From positions 142,042,001 through 142,106,000 of the forward strand of contig OX597817.1 in NCBI GenBank assembly GCA_951406725.2: DNA of 64,000 bases, given 5' to 3'. The notes below the pieces were generated by a model that worked only from the letters and a program-made list of their open reading frames with translations, did no database searches and was not told the DNA's origin. Made by a program: the position numbers and the translations under genes. Shown piece by piece: positions 11,354-25,730 of the stretch (positions are counted from its first letter, which is position 1; each line of letters starts with the position of its first letter). The stretch is from Octopus vulgaris. Lineage: Eukaryota.

Positions 11354-11827
11354 TTACTCGATGGTGTGGCTATGTTTGAAGCGGTTGTACCACTCCTTGT
11401 TCTGAGTGTTATCCATAGCATTATCACCAGAGACCTGCTGACCATTGTGGATTCTTTGAACGTGAGCGTTACCAAGCTTTTGACAAAACTTGATGCAATG
11501 TCTTTGCCCGATGCGTTCAGTGAAAATGAGTGCGCGCTACACGTCTGGGTTCTCCTGGTAAAAGCCGGGAATTGACGCGGCCTCCGAATGCGAAACTATT
11601 CACACATGCGTGAGAAGGGGGCATCACCTTCCACTGCTTTTAGCGGGAAAAATAAACTCGGACACATTTTGAATGCACCGCGAACAGACCATGAGCATAA
11701 AATATAATTTCACGATACCACAGTGCACGCAGCTGTAAAGGGGTTCAAGCAATAGCCAAGACGTTAAAGGTGCGACGGACTGGCGCGAGACTTGTTATCT
11801 CAATCACTTCTTGTTATCCAGGGCTCA
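11354..11827 (-). pseudogene. Mariner transposon 5' remnant with N-terminal HTH of transposase (11354-11521)
   Basis: Manual translation TERIGQRHCIKFCQKLGNAHVQRIHNGQQVSGDNAMDNTQNKEWYNRFKHS* matches the mariner pattern QRxCIKFCxKLG...EWYNRFK; not in the supplied ORF list. Confidence 0.8.
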
Positions 11828-11877
11828 TGAAAATAATTCAACGCATGGAAATGATAGAGCATTATATTGATTATAGT

Positions 11878-12110
11878 AAGGCGGCGAGCTGGCAGAAACG
11901 TTAGCACGCCGGGCGAAATGCTTAGCCGTACTTCGTCTGCCGCTACGTTCTGAGTTCAAATTCCGCCGAGGTCGACTTTGCCATTCATCCTTTCGGGTTC
12001 GATTAAATAAGTACCAGTTACGCACTGGGGTCGATGTAATCGACTTAATCCGTTTGTCTGTCTTTGTTTGTCCCCTCTATGTTTAGCCCCTTGTGGGTAG
12101 TGAAGAAATA
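11878..12110 (+). mobile_element. SINE family 2, full length
   Basis: Same sequence as 5254-5491 on the opposite strand. Confidence 0.9.
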
Positions 12111-12472
12111 TATATTTATTACAGTATTAAACAAGTCCGCAAACGCCGAGCTCATTAAAATCTAAATTCATTTACAGTTAAAACTATTAAGGATTTTACA
12201 ACTAAACAATTCTCGTTAATGTCTTCGATACCCAGCAATCTCTTTTAGTTAATTAAGAAAAGAAATTACCCAGCAGTTTGTCTTTTCTTCTGATGTTCAT
12301 GTAAATAATTGTTCAGTGCTTATAAATTGTTTTTTGTCTTTTTGTTCTTTAACTCACCAAACTCTTCATAACAAGCACGATGAATACATCTGAAGATCTT
12401 GTGACAATATCGAGAGATTTTATTTCATATCTTTGTTGTATTTCCCCTAGTAAGTTTCTTTGTTTAATTTCG

Positions 12473-12523
<51 letters not shown>

Positions 12524-14608
12524 GCATTTCTCTAAGTACTGTAATAAAGATAACTGCTCTTACAATTCATACGTAAATCGAAAATATGCAGCCTTCTATT
12601 ATAACACATTACTAGGAAACACTCACACATACACACAGACATGTATGCTTGCATACATACATAGTTATGGATAATGCTGTATAGATAAATGTATGCATAT
12701 ACATACATATGCATATATGCATATACATACATGCATACATACTTACATATATATGTATATGTGTGTGCGTGCGCGAGTGCGTGTGTGTGTATTTATAAGT
12801 ATGTACATATAAAGGCAGAGAAAAATGAGAGAGGAAATCTATAAATCTGCCAATTTCCCCATCACTAAATTTTTAGACTAATCTTTCCATCATATTCCCC
12901 ACCTCCCTCTCTCTCTCTATGATTTCTCCGTTCCTCTAATTCCCACTCTCTCTGTGTGGCTGTTTCTCACTCTCACTCTCTCTCTCTCTTCTCCTTCCTC
13001 TCCCTTACTTCTCTTTTCTCTCTCTCGTGCTCCTCTCCCCTCTCTTTTTTTCATATGTATTATTGCAGGTAAACAACACAAATTAAGCCAATCCTAACTT
13101 GGAACTTTCCTCTTTCGTTTCTCGTTTCTTTTACAACTAAACCAACAGGTAAACAATAACAATCAACATTTAACTCACTCGCTGATAAATTCCCAAATAA
13201 ACAAAACCAAAATTAATAGCATATCGAAATTTTCTCATAATTTCTGATCCTTATTTTTTTGTTTCTATTTTCATTTTATTTTTTATTTTTCCTTTTCTTT
13301 TCCATGGAAATTATTGCACATAATTTCGGTGGGCTTAACCAATCCTTCGCCAGCGATATATTCTTTTTTTTTATGCAAGATCTATTAAAAGTAATTATAT
13401 GTCCACTAAACACGAAGGGAATCAGCAGGTTGCTATGACTCTCCTACGCAAAAATAAATATTGCAAAATATATATTTATTCACAAGAACTCAATAAAATC
13501 AACTCCATTTCTGCCAAAACAAATTATTCACAGATATCAAATAAAACTTATATATTTATTATTGTTGTTGTTCTTGTTGTTGATGCTACAATTGTTTTTC
13601 TTATTTTTTTTTGTTTTTCTTATATCTTTCCGTTCCACTGTTCTTTGTGTCATAAGTTATAGTTCAGGACAAAAGTGAATTTTTATTGGGAATAATATTG
13701 AAAAGCATAAAGAGAGAGAGAGATCATTTATAGCACATAATGAATACATACATAAAAATTTACAAAATATCCTGCTTCCTACTTACATGGAATGAATACA
13801 TGAAGTTTTATCATTATCACTAACTTCTTGGCCATAATTATTACAAAGGAAACCGGTCGACTATTTAAATATTTTAGTTCATAATAATATACATGTCTTT
13901 TGTTTTAGTTCAACATATAATTTCTGTGCATTTGGCTTCTTTTTATAAATCTTAGTGCAATTCACTGTTTTGAAAACTTATTCTATCGAATTTCTTCACC
14001 ATATATATATATAATTCAGAGAAGAATACAGTGTCTGTTGAAACACAAAAGAGATACCCGAAGAATAGGATATCTGACTCGCTAGAAAGAGCAGTTAAAA
14101 CTCCAAGCCACCAATTATTGTAATTCCGAAAGTGATTGAAAAGTGAAAACATTTACATTAATCCTAGACCCTGCAAGGCTTCTGCAGACTTAAATACAGA
14201 TTGAAATAAAATAATTTCAATCTATATCTGGCGCTGCGTCCTCAGTAGGTTGCCAGGACTGAACACATAGACATGGAGCTATAAGTAATGAGCCACGTGT
14301 CTATAGGTTCTAATTTTTCGAATTTACCGCGCAGATGCGGAAATCAATCAGCACTAAATAAATAAATTGCTGATTTTCTTTCAGAATTAGCCCAAAACCA
14401 TTTTATCATTAATAAAAATCTTAGGGTAGTAAGAATATATATATATATATATGCAACAAAACTCATACAAAGCTTTACATTTTACTTTTGACAATCTTTT
14501 TCTAAAAAAGTGAAACCGGTCAAGTGAATAAACATCTTTAAAATTGCATTTTCAAACCTTCTTTCATATATATTTCCACTCGTGCGATACCTTACAAATT
14601 TACTATGT

Positions 14609-14653
<45 letters not shown>

Positions 14654-14699
14654 TGTTCGCTCAGCAAATGGAGAACCTTCGGAAGCACAAGTAAAAATA

Positions 14700-14888
14700 A
14701 TCTTTTCTACTCTAGGCACAAGCCCAGACATTTTGGGTGAGGGGGCCAGTCGATTTGATCGACCCTAGTACACAAGTGGTATTTAATTTATCGAGCCCGA
14801 AATGATGAAAGGCAAAGTCGACCTCGGCGAAATTTGAACTCAGAACGTATGCCAGGCTTGTTAATGTTTCTGCCAGCTCGCCGCCTTA
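14700..14888 (-). mobile_element. SINE family 2 variant
   Basis: Core gatgaaaggcaaagtcgacctcggc...gccagctcgccgcctt. Confidence 0.8.
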
Positions 14889-15330
14889 CAAGCAAAAATA
14901 ATAGCACAAAAATGAAAAAGACATAATACGCTAGAAAATCGATTACATGCGTTCAACTTGATACATTAATCATCAAAACTGTTCTCTAACCGAATACTTC
15001 TCTGTAATTACCCAGAAATCAACGGCATTCCTGGATTCGCTGACCTCCGCACCAACTCGAAACCATGTCATGTAACAACGTAGCAGGTTCCAAAGATTTT
15101 TGTGAATCGTGGGACCAACGACGTCCTTTCTTCTCCGGTCACTGTCGTGTTTCTGGTACTGCAATCTGGGGGCTTCTAACTAGCAAGATATTTGTGAGGC
15201 AACACACAGCTCAGTGTGACACCCTCACGCATTCCTCGGGTGTCCTTCTAAATATATAGAAGCTACAATATCTTTATCACGTACAGCTTCTGCAGAATTT
15301 CATCGTCTGAATAGTATTGTCTATTACCTT

Positions 15331-15616
15331 TCCTTTGACTTTTTACTTGTTTCAGTCATGATACCGAGGCCATACTGGGGCACCGCCTAGAAAACATTTT
15401 GGGAGGAGTGAATTGACCCCCATTCTTGCATTTTTTTAAGCAAGGCACTTATTACATCGGACTCTGTTCCCTATGTGCTAAGTTACGCGGACGCAACCAC
15501 ACCAACACCGGTTGCCAAGCGATGGATAAGAGGGCAAACATAGACACAAAGACACATACACGTGGATACATACACACACACGCACACACACATACACGCA
15601 CACACACGCACTCACA

Positions 15617-15697
<81 letters not shown>

Positions 15698-15855
15698 GCG
15701 GCGGACTTGTTTCAGCTAACGTCTACGAAATCCACTGACAAGGCTTTCGCTGACCTGAGGCTGTAGTTGAAGACATACCTAAGGTGCCATGCTGTGGGAC
15801 TGAACCTCGAACCATATGGTTAGCAGGTAAGCTCTTTACCACACAGCCATCCCTG
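15331..15855 (-). mobile_element. SINE family 1 (diverged) with expanded (CA)n
   Basis: Head and tail similarity to 3261-3711. Confidence 0.8.
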
Positions 15856-16163
15856 TGACTATTGTTGATCATTTCCTAAATCTGCTGAACAGATTGAGTC
15901 ACCATGATTGTCAAGAATAAAATAACTGCAGACGATAAACAGCAGATAAAAATTCGTAACAAATTTGACTTTTAATAATGTTTTCTCTCATAATTTTGTG
16001 GTTGCTTTTTTTGTTTTCTATTTTCATTAATTTGTATTAAAATCGCTTCTAACCAATCAGTTACTTCTATGCATTTAAAGCTTAACAACGCAATAATAAA
16101 CTGCCATTCTATAGCTTTCTTCTCTCAAAGGAAGGAATAGCAAAACACGAGCATTTCTGGGGT

Positions 16164-16244
<81 letters not shown>

Positions 16245-16699
16245 CGATAATGTAATGCAAACAACACCTATTTACAAAATTGCACTTGGAGGCTCTCGTT
16301 CTCGACATGAAAAGGCAAACACTAAGAACAAAGAGAAACTAGATTCAGCTTCAGGAGCAGAAACTACCTGCCAGGAGATAAACCACTCGAGATATTGAAG
16401 AATGTTTTCTTTAAGATTGGGAAAAACAGAGAACTGAAGAAAAATTAAGCGACATCTTTTAGCAAAATATGTCGAAGAATATGATGGGTATGCGGTCTTC
16501 AAATAGTATATTTGTTTGTTAAGGGAAACAAATAACATTATATGAAGTATAACATTTGTAATAATCCGTCGACAATCAATGATAATAATAATAACATAAT
16601 ACAGGCGTGGTTGTGTGGTAAGTAGCTTGCTTACCAATCACATGGTTCCGCGTTCAGTCCCACTGCGTGTCACCTTGGGCAAGTGTCTCATACACTTCT

Positions 16700-18325
16700 A
16701 TATTTACATTATTTACATTTGACGGATATTCCATTAAGACCTATAGCGAGCTGTAGAGGTTCAGCATGTCATCCACTGAGCCGCTTCCTTCTGGATATAA
16801 TCAGTCTATTAGCAGGAAAGTCAACATTGTAGTGAAGGATTCCACCCATATCACAAAATTGATCAAGGATATACCCATTGAATCCAACCAGATGCTGAGT
16901 CTAGATGTGATAAGTCTGTTCATCGAAGTCCCAACTTCTGAAGCCCTTTCCGTGATTCAAGAAAAACTAGTGACAGACACCCATCAAAAAGAACGCACTA
17001 GTATTCCGATAAGAAACTTGATAGAAATGTTGACCTTCTGTGTAGAAACTACCTACTTCAGTATGGACATTGATATCTATCGACAGGGAGAAGGTTTAGC
17101 TATGAGTTCGCCATTATCACCGATAATAGCCAATATATACATGGAATACTTTGCGAATTTGGCTTTAGGATCAACACCACTAGAACCAACCCTGTGGCTA
17201 CGATATGTTGATGTCACCTTTATACTCTGGCTCCACCAGGATTATGTCCAAGTGCTGTTAGATCATGTGAACTCAATAAAGCCATCTATGCAGTTCACAA
17301 TGGAAAAAGGAAAAAGCCAGTCAGTTGGCATTCCTGGACGTATTAATAATACGGACCAAGTATGAATTCAGGACATCCATATACTGCAAGCCGACCTTCA
17401 CTGGACGATACCTCAGCTTCAATTCCCACCATCTATACTGTGTAAAGAGAGGGATTGCTCAGTGCCTAAAACATCGAGCAAAGAATATAAGTAGCAATCG
17501 TGATACACACCACGAAGAAATGATCAAGCTCAATAACGATCTGTTAAGCAACAACTACCCCCAAAATTATACTATGCACTCTAATTATCAAGAAGAGAGA
17601 GAGGTTGAGGTAAAAAAACTGTCCACAGTCTGTCTACACTATGTGAAAGGCTTCTCCGAAAAGATACAAAAGATATGCGGCCCATAGGATATCAGGACAG
17701 TATTCAAGAGTAAAACCACCAATAGAAGAGAATATGACCAAAGACTGCGTGTACTCCATCCCATGAAGCTGTGGTAGGTTATACAAAGGCGAAACATGCC
17801 GCACTCTCAAAATAAGGGTAGACGAACATCGCAAAGCTGTGACATCGGGTATAGCTGATCATGTATGGAAAAATGGAGACCACTTCCCTCTGTGGGATGA
17901 AGTTAAAATAATAGACAGAGAACACCACTGGAAAATACGAAAACTAACAGAAGCAGCGCATATGCTAGGACACAACAACCTCCTAAAGAGACCGAGTTCA
18001 GATATGAATAGCATATAGGAACCCGTATTAAGGAAGGATTGGAAAATATTATATTTATAAGCCCTAAAATCCACTCCATAACATAACACTCACGAACATA
18101 TGGCGTAGTGGTTAAGAGCGCAGGCTATTTACCACAACATTCCGAGCTCGATTCCAGGCAGTGACCTGAGCAATAATTATAACTTCGAAAAATACCTTAG
18201 AAATGAGAATCCAGGTTCGAAATTTCCTCAAGGCACCTGTAGAAGGCTGGAGCGTATATTAGCCGAAATGTTGTGTTAAAAAAGAAGATGAGGACAAATA
18301 TACGTCGAACATAAATAATAAAAAG
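16700..18325 (+). mobile_element. Penelope-like retroelement, 5'-truncated and disrupted (RT + GIY-YIG + pLTR)
   Basis: RT motifs SLDVISLF, QGEGLAMSSPLSPIIANIYME, WLRYVDVTF (YVDD mutated), FLDVLI, YCKPTFTGRYL; GIY-YIG CVYSIP*SCGRLYKGET; frameshift ~17330; short inverted pLTR end at 16700-16730. Confidence 0.92.
18232..18277 (+). ncRNA. Degenerate hammerhead motif in pLTR
   Basis: GGCAC-CTGTAGA-A-GGCTG...TAGCC-GAAA-TG-TT-GTGTT; core A6 mutated, same family as 4555. Confidence 0.6.
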
Positions 18326-18344
18326 AATATCTTTTATCATCATC

Positions 18345-18727
18345 TGTTTTCGTCATTTGACTGCGGCCATACTGGAGCACCACCTTGAGCGATTTAGTCG
18401 AAAAAAATCAACTGAGATACTTATACTTTCTACCGCTTTTTTCCGAGCTGCTAACTGCAAGGACGTAAACAAACTCACACCGCTTGTCAAATTGTGGTGG
18501 AGGCAAACACAGCATAAACATAAAGATAGACACACATTTACACACACATACGTGTAAGTTTATGCGACAGGAATCCGCACAGTCTCCGACTATCAAATCC
18601 AGTCGCATGGCATTGGTCGGTCCGCGGTGGTTGCAAAAAATACTTGCCCAAGATTATGGCGGCACAGTGAAACTGAACCTGGTACTACGGGTTTGTAAAC
18701 CGAATTATTTAACCACACAGCCATGCA
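18345..18727 (-). mobile_element. SINE family 1, old diverged copy
   Basis: gtcatttgactgcggccatactggagcacc ... accacacagcca. Confidence 0.7.
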
Positions 18728-19111
18728 TTCAGACCACCAGAATGGAAAGAGAACGGACAAGAGTCGAGTCACACATACATGGCTGCTGGGAAAATAATGG
18801 CTGAGAGAACTGAAAAACAAAAACCATTAAGTGGCAACATTAATTTCAAAGCATAACACTAAAAAAAAAAGTACAATTCATTTCATCTTCACTACATAAA
18901 TGAAAGAATAAAAGCATCTTGGAAGATATTACGATGCTGTGCTAGCAATGGTTTCCTGAGTCAGGTAACATGGAAAATATTCTTTTATCGACGACATTTT
19001 TCTTTTTAAATTATTGGATTTCTTTAATGTTGTTAAGATTACAATAAAGTTAACGTGACCTAATCTTAAGAATAATTTTTCCTCTCCCTCACGTATTTAC
19101 TGTATTGTAAG

Positions 19112-19536
19112 GTGCAGGCGTGGTTTTATGGCAGGAAGTTTGCTTCTTCAAGCGGCGAGCTGGCAGAAACGTTAGCACGCCGGGCGAAATGCGTAGCCGT
19201 ATTTCGTCTGCCGCTACGTTCTGAGTTCAAATTCCGCCGAGGTCGACTTTGACTTTCATCCTTTCGGGATAGATTAAATAAGTACCAGTTACGCACTGGG
19301 GTCGATGTAATCGACTTAATCCGTTTGTCTGTCCTTGGTTGTCCCCTCTATGTTTATCCCCTTGTGAAATAAGAAGTTTGCTTCTCAGGCACATGGTTCC
19401 GGGTTCAGTTTCACTGCGTCGTATTTGAGCAAGTGTCTTCCATTATAGCCGACCAAATCCTTGCGAGTGAATTTCGTCGACGGAAACTGAACGAAGCCCA
19501 ACGTGCATATACATATACATATATGTTTGTGTGTGT

Positions 19537-19575
<39 letters not shown>

Positions 19576-19586
19576 CACACATATAT

Positions 19587-19622
<36 letters not shown>

Positions 19623-19830
19623 CTGTGAGCCCTTGTGTTTGGTTTTCCCCCACCAGTGTTTGGCAACTGGCGTTGGCTTCTTTATGCCCCTGTAACTTAC
19701 CGGTTCGGCAAAAGTGACCGATATAATATGTACTAGATTTAAAAAAAATTACTGGGGTCGATTTGCTCGACAAGAAATTTCTTAAGGTCCCAGCATGGGC
19801 GCAGTCTTATAACTGAAACAAGTAAAAGAT
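19112..19830 (+). mobile_element. SINE family 1 interrupted by a family-2 SINE (19151-19372)
   Basis: Insertion flanked by direct repeat gaagtttgcttct (TSD) at ~19135 and ~19373. Confidence 0.85.
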
Positions 19831-20819
19831 AGAAGACAGATGTGTGTGTGTGTGTGTGGGTGTGTGTGCGTGTGCATACGTGTGTGTGTTTGGAGAGTGA
19901 GGTGGGGGGAGAGAAAATTAGAATGAAATTGCCCTTAAATTCCTGAAACTCTTTCTATAATTTTCTTGCCAGTTTCACACTTATTACGATAACCGTGGTA
20001 GAGAAAAGAAAGTGACTATCGATGCTGATATTAGCATTTCAGCAAACACGAACAGACAGATCAGTAAAAAACTTTAAAATGTACAAGCGTGTATGTTTTT
20101 GGCATATCTATTGATGCATGTGTTCCCGTACCCGATGAACGAAACCAATAATAATAATATATAAAAATATAAACAATAAATATAAAAGTATGTTCTCATA
20201 TTATGAGCTGAAATGCGTATGTATTTGTCTTTGAGATTGCGTCATTACGCTGTTCAGGGATTAGCCTCATTTAAATTACTGCTTGGATTCCTTTTTCTGT
20301 ACATTTATTAATCACATTAATGATTTCAGTATGAATGCCGCTTTTATATGTGATCAGATAAAACGTTGTCATATAATACATTCGCCTTGTAGCTTTTGTC
20401 ATGTAATACATTTGCCTTGCAGCTTTAGCAAATAAATCATTACTAAATTGTAAAGCTCCAACCATATCATGATTGCTGTATGATCGATTTAATTATGGCT
20501 TAAGCGTAAAAGATTTTACTGTGCAAATGTATACAGATCATGGTTACAATGCGCGTATTGTATACAAATCATTGTTGCAGTGTAAGCGCTAACCTGTAGG
20601 TATATGCAAAAACATAATGTTTGCGTTGTGAACAAAATACTGTATACAGCTATGTAATTTATACCTGAAGTGTTCACCAAATTATATAGTCAGACAGGGT
20701 GACGTAATGATAATATGTAATGAAATAAGTCACATTTACAACATAAATCTTAATCTGTATTCCATCATCAGGATGGCGTTTGTCGTCTCCTAATCATATA
20801 AATATATATATGTGTGTAT

Positions 20820-21700
20820 ACATGATGCGATGAATAAATTGTTGTCTGCATTGCGCAAAAATGAAAATAACACTGAGATCTCATTTTAACAGATATATTT
20901 ACCAAAATTACATAAACATATCTTGAAATACTAAAGAGTAAATTTATTCAATAAAATCACCATTGCCTTCAACCACGGCCTCCAGACGACTTTGGAATCT
21001 CCTGCAACTCTTTCTGAATGGTCTCCTTGTTTAAGTTAATGATGCTGCCATAATCCTTGCTTTCAGTTTATCTTTGGTGTTACAAGGAGCTTTGTTGATA
21101 TCTTGATCAACAGCGCCCCACACATAATAATCAAGGTCTCGAGAAGGTGGCCAGGTCTTAGAGATGATGTTGTCGAAGAAATTGTCTGACAGCCATGACT
21201 GGGTTCTTCTGCTTGTGTGACATGGTACAGAGTCCTATTGCCAGACACAGAGTCTTCCACTAGCCACTCCCTTGACCCAGGGCAGCAATACCTCCTCCAG
21301 GCACTTGATGTGGACTTCCGTGTTGAGTGTGAGGCCGTGTGGGAAGATAAATGGAGACATAACGTTACCATCACTAGTGATCACAACAAACGCCATGATG
21401 TTGACTGGATGTTTGATTTCTATCACTTTCGATACATGACCGCAGAGTGCACTGTCCTCAGATTGACACCCATACACTCTGAAATATTCGTATTGGAAAT
21501 TCCGGTGCGAATACAAGGAGCACAGCATGTTCTTACCAAGTTTCCGGCTGAGTGAATTGCATCATGGTGCTGTTTTGCTCACTTACGTTTTGATCACTTT
21601 TGCAGATCATACTATACTGTGTAATCGACAAAATCAAAAAGAAACAATGCGCATGTGCGAAATTAAGATTATAAGAAGGCAACAATTTACCCATTGAACT
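20820..21700 (-). mobile_element. DD37D (maT-like) Tc1/mariner transposon, internally deleted
   Basis: Minus-strand peptides ...VLLPWVKGVASGRLCVWQ*DSVPCHTSRRTQSWL, LDYYVWGAV...RLEAVVEGNGDF; degenerate TIRs around taaattgttg/caacaattta. Confidence 0.8.
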
Positions 21701-21828
21701 CTATATATAGATAGATAGATTCAGAGACAAATAGACTGCTATACATATGTATTCATGTATGTATGTATGTATGTAAGTATGAATGTATGTAAGTATGCAT
21801 GCATCCATGTCTATATGTAATAATATAA

Positions 21829-21915
<87 letters not shown>

Positions 21916-21918
<3 letters not shown>

Positions 21919-22005
21919 CGGGAAGCTTACGAAAATAAACAAAAGACAAAGGCAATTGTATTAGTATGGCGCTCAGGAATAGAAATAAAACAAGTCTTTT
22001 ACATG
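21916..22005 (-). mobile_element. 3' fragment of hammerhead-bearing short element next to (TA)n
   Basis: Reverse complement gtaaaagactt...tcctgagcgccatactaataca resembles 55525-55565 and 47935-47975. Confidence 0.55.
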
Positions 22006-22215
22006 AGTGTATGTATTTGTGTGCATATGTGTTTCAGCGCAAATGCCTAGCCTTCACTTGCAAGCAAGTGTGTCTAGCATGCACCATACATTCGAAAATA
22101 ATTCATATGCTTATGTATTCCGGGGCAGACATGGACACCCGAAGCGGTACATCTAGGATATATTAGTTAAGAGGAGAGTGGCAGCGAGAGAGATAACGGT
22201 GGAAAGAAAAGAAAA

Positions 22216-22282
<67 letters not shown>

Positions 22283-22867
22283 CTGTTATACATGGATTAT
22301 CTTTCTACGCATTCTTTGTTGTTACCTTTACTTTCCAGTTCTGCTGCAACCGCATCTCATCGCAGGTGCAAAGTAAAGTCGTTTGAAAATCGTGATATCG
22401 TTATTCGTTCTGTGACAGTTCTTCAAATTGACAACGTTCAAATTTTACACTTTAAAATTATTTGGAACTCATTAAATTTCAGTTATTTCAAGAATTAGAA
22501 GCTGGCTAATTTTCTAACATTATTTTAATAAATTAAAATGATTTAATTAAAGTTAGCAATGATGGCTTTTGTCTTCTGCCTAATAAGTTCTCCAAGAAGT
22601 TTGCTATATTTTTTCTTGTACTGTTTGTTTGTTTTTTTAATTTACTTCAGTTCTACCGAATCATGATCATCATAATCCTGCTCCCCCTCCTGATCATCAT
22701 CACCGTCAGCAGCAACAGCAGCAGCAGCCGCAGCAGTAGCAGCTGTATGTTTACCATTATTTATTTTCTTGTAGATTTCTGCAAGGTTGTACTGCATCAT
22801 CTGGATCTCTCCTATGTTCCTATGCTGATTGGTGGAGTGTGGTCTCTTCCTCTTGGTTGTTGTACAG

Positions 22868-23411
22868 CAGTGGTTCCCAAAGAGGCCGGTATTGCCAAAC
22901 CACCCTCCTATGGACAGTGGAACGTTCCAAGCGGGTGTTGAAGAAAAATGGAGCGATTATGGAGTAGTGAAGGTGGTGAGCTGGCAGAATTGTTAGCACG
23001 TCGGGCGAAATGCGTAGCCGTATTTCGTCTGCCGTTACGTTCTGAGTTCAAATTCCGCCGAGGTCGACTTTGCCTTTCATCATTTCGGGGTCGATAAATA
23101 AAGTAGCAGTCACGCACTGGGGTCGATGTAATCGACTTAATCCGTTAGTCTGTGCTTGTTTGTCCCCTCTGTGTTTAACCCCTTGTGGGTAGTAAAGAAA
23201 CAGATAATGGAGTAGCGATTTGTGTAAAACCAACAAAATTATGGGTTTATTGTGTTAAGATTTAGTTTTAAGATTTAGTTTTACAGTTGCTTTGAATTGG
23301 CTTCAGAAAGAGGTCAATGTTTTTGATGGCTAGTTGGGGTGGGGGCGCTAGGAAAATCGTTTGGGTATTGGGGGGGGGGGGCAGCAGCTTGTCAAAGTTT
23401 GAGCACCATCG
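22868..23411. mobile_element. hAT (Charlie-like) MITE containing a family-2 SINE at 22970-23203
   Basis: TIR CAGTGGTTCCCAAA / TTTGAGCACCATCG; 8-bp TSD ttgtacag/gtgtacag; the SINE has its own TSD gat(t/a)atggagtag(t/c)ga. Confidence 0.8.
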
Positions 23412-24916
23412 GTGTACAGCATCAATCTATTTTTACTGTGGGGAGTTTAATTGCTTGTTTCTCGTTAAATTATTATGCGTTCTATCATCTGCGGCCTGCG
23501 TAATGCGAGTTGTGTTATTCTATTATCTTATCTTGTATCGTAATGTTACACGAGTTGTGTTGTTTTAGATTATTGTATAGGATACGTGTTGTTTGCGATT
23601 GATGTTCTATTTAGCCTATTCTATTGAATTGAGAGCGTTACTATTGAATTGATAGTGCTTTGCGCAAGATATAGGCTGTTCGTAGCAGAGCCATTTGTAG
23701 ACGGGCCTTTGAGCCTGAACTATAAAGATTTTATTAAACTTTCCACAGAAGCCGTCTATTTTCTCTCTTTTTACACTCTTCAGTATTACAATGCTTCAAG
23801 CGAACTACAACACTCTTATTATCATTATCTTTCACCTCGGTATAATTTGAAATGTAAAACATATACAGATTTAAATATGCGACACTAATAGTTATGTTAA
23901 AAAGTTAAATTTAACATGCAATTAAAGCAAACAAATATCACAGCTCCAATTTGCCACTAAATATCAGACATTTAAATTGGAAGAATGATAATTGGAAATA
24001 AAGATGAGATGCAATATAATAATCCGGTAATTCTTTGCAACGGCAGAACAAAGGAACCTGCACTTCTGACATAAATACATATAATTAGATAATTAGATCG
24101 TGCCAGTATGAATCTTATGTTGGAATTGTTAAATATTTTAATATAAAACCGTTTAAGATAATGGAATTTCTAATGTTTATGGTGTAATGAATGCATTTAA
24201 AAAGCCAACGGTATGTCTCTGTACACGCAGTTACTGATTATTATTAATATCTCCAACATAATTAATTATGGAAGACATAGTTTCACACACAAGCACACAC
24301 ACAAACGCATACACACACATACACAAGCATACAAAAACATGTATGCGTAGAGAAATATATACTCATATATGCATGCATACATTCAAATGTATATAGTTAC
24401 CTGTTGTTGTAAAGGTACCATACTGACAAATAATTTTAGATAATTTTAGGACGACATAAATTTCTATATCGTAATAAACGATATAATTGTTGGCTGGTTG
24501 GCTGGTTGGTAGGTTGGTGGATTAGTTGGTTAAATTCCCTCCTCACGCTTTACATCCTATAGACAAATAGTGGGGCAGTGAGAGGGAGATATATATAGAG
24601 AGTTATACAGAGAGAGTAAACATAAATTATGCAGGAGGGCGCACATTCAAGGTTTGTGACAGACAATGAATAAAAGAACACTAAAATGTAATGAGAGAGA
24701 GAGAGGGAGAGAAAGCAGCGTATTGACAGAAGAGGCGGAAGATGAGGAAAGGGAGGAGAGATAGTAAATGGCAAAGTAGTTATGAGAGAAGTTACATAAA
24801 TTTGAAATATGTTATATTCCATAGACATAAAATACAACCTTGATTACCGCATTCACATAGGAATGAGCGTGAAATTATCAAGAATGAATATTTACGTCTT
24901 TGTTTTGTTGTAGTAT

Positions 24917-25264
24917 CACCGCCTTACTGAAGTCAGAGCTATTGTTTCAACTGTGCTTTTTTGGTTGTCTGTGGACAAGATATCTCAAGAACCGCTGGAT
25001 GGATTCGGATGAAACTTTCAGGGATTGTTGGTCGCGACACTGACACGAAAGGATTAGATTATGGGATCAATCCGTTACCGGCCAAGGATTCTGGATTATT
25101 TTTCCTGTTTTTGCTTTACTTAATCGGGTTCAGTTTTAGTATTCTCGCTTGTGAGATCAGTCGAGTTTGTTTCAGATATTCTCATTTTAAAAATCATCTC
25201 CGGCTAATCGTTAAGAGTACGTTGGTGTTGCCTTGGCAGAGGTTTGCGCTCTCTGAGTGTTCTT
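24917..25264 (+). mobile_element. Helentron-associated non-autonomous element (DINE-1/HINE-like)
   Basis: Typical gatatctcaagaaccgctggatggattcggatgaaacttt core and 3' ggcagaggtttgcgctctctgagtgttctt; inverted copies at 33546 and 37599. Confidence 0.7.
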
Positions 25265-25334
25265 AATTAATTTAATTTTAAAGTAATAAATATTTTTCTT
25301 TAGAAAATTAGCATTCATTTCATCATTCTCTGAG

Positions 25335-25730
25335 GGTTGGCAAAGAAGTTTGCTTCCCAACCACAAAGTTCCGGGATCAGTCCCACTGTGTGGCCTCTTG
25401 GGCAAGTGTCTCCTACTATAGTCTCGGGCCGACCAAAGCCTTGTAAGTGGATTTGATAGATAGAAACTGAAAGAAGCCGGTCGTATATATGTATATGTAT
25501 ATATATTATCTTTATGTATTTGTGTGTCTCTGTTTGTCCCCCACCATCGCTTGACAACCGATGCTGGTTTGTTTAACTCCCCGTAACTTAGCGGTTCGGA
25601 AAAAAGAGACGGATAGAATAAGTAGTAGGCTTACAAAGACAAAGTCCTAGTTTTGATTTGTTCGACTAAAGGTGGTGCTCCAGCATCTTCGCAATCAAAT
25701 GACAAACAAGTAAAAAAATGAAAAATAAAA
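25335..25730 (+). mobile_element. SINE family 1
   Basis: Similarity to 3261-3711. Confidence 0.85.

Noticed and set aside
11189-11575. 128-aa plus-strand ORF that looks like a globular protein exon
   Set aside because: Its 3' half is the antisense of a recognisable mariner HTH remnant; no supporting splice or homology evidence.
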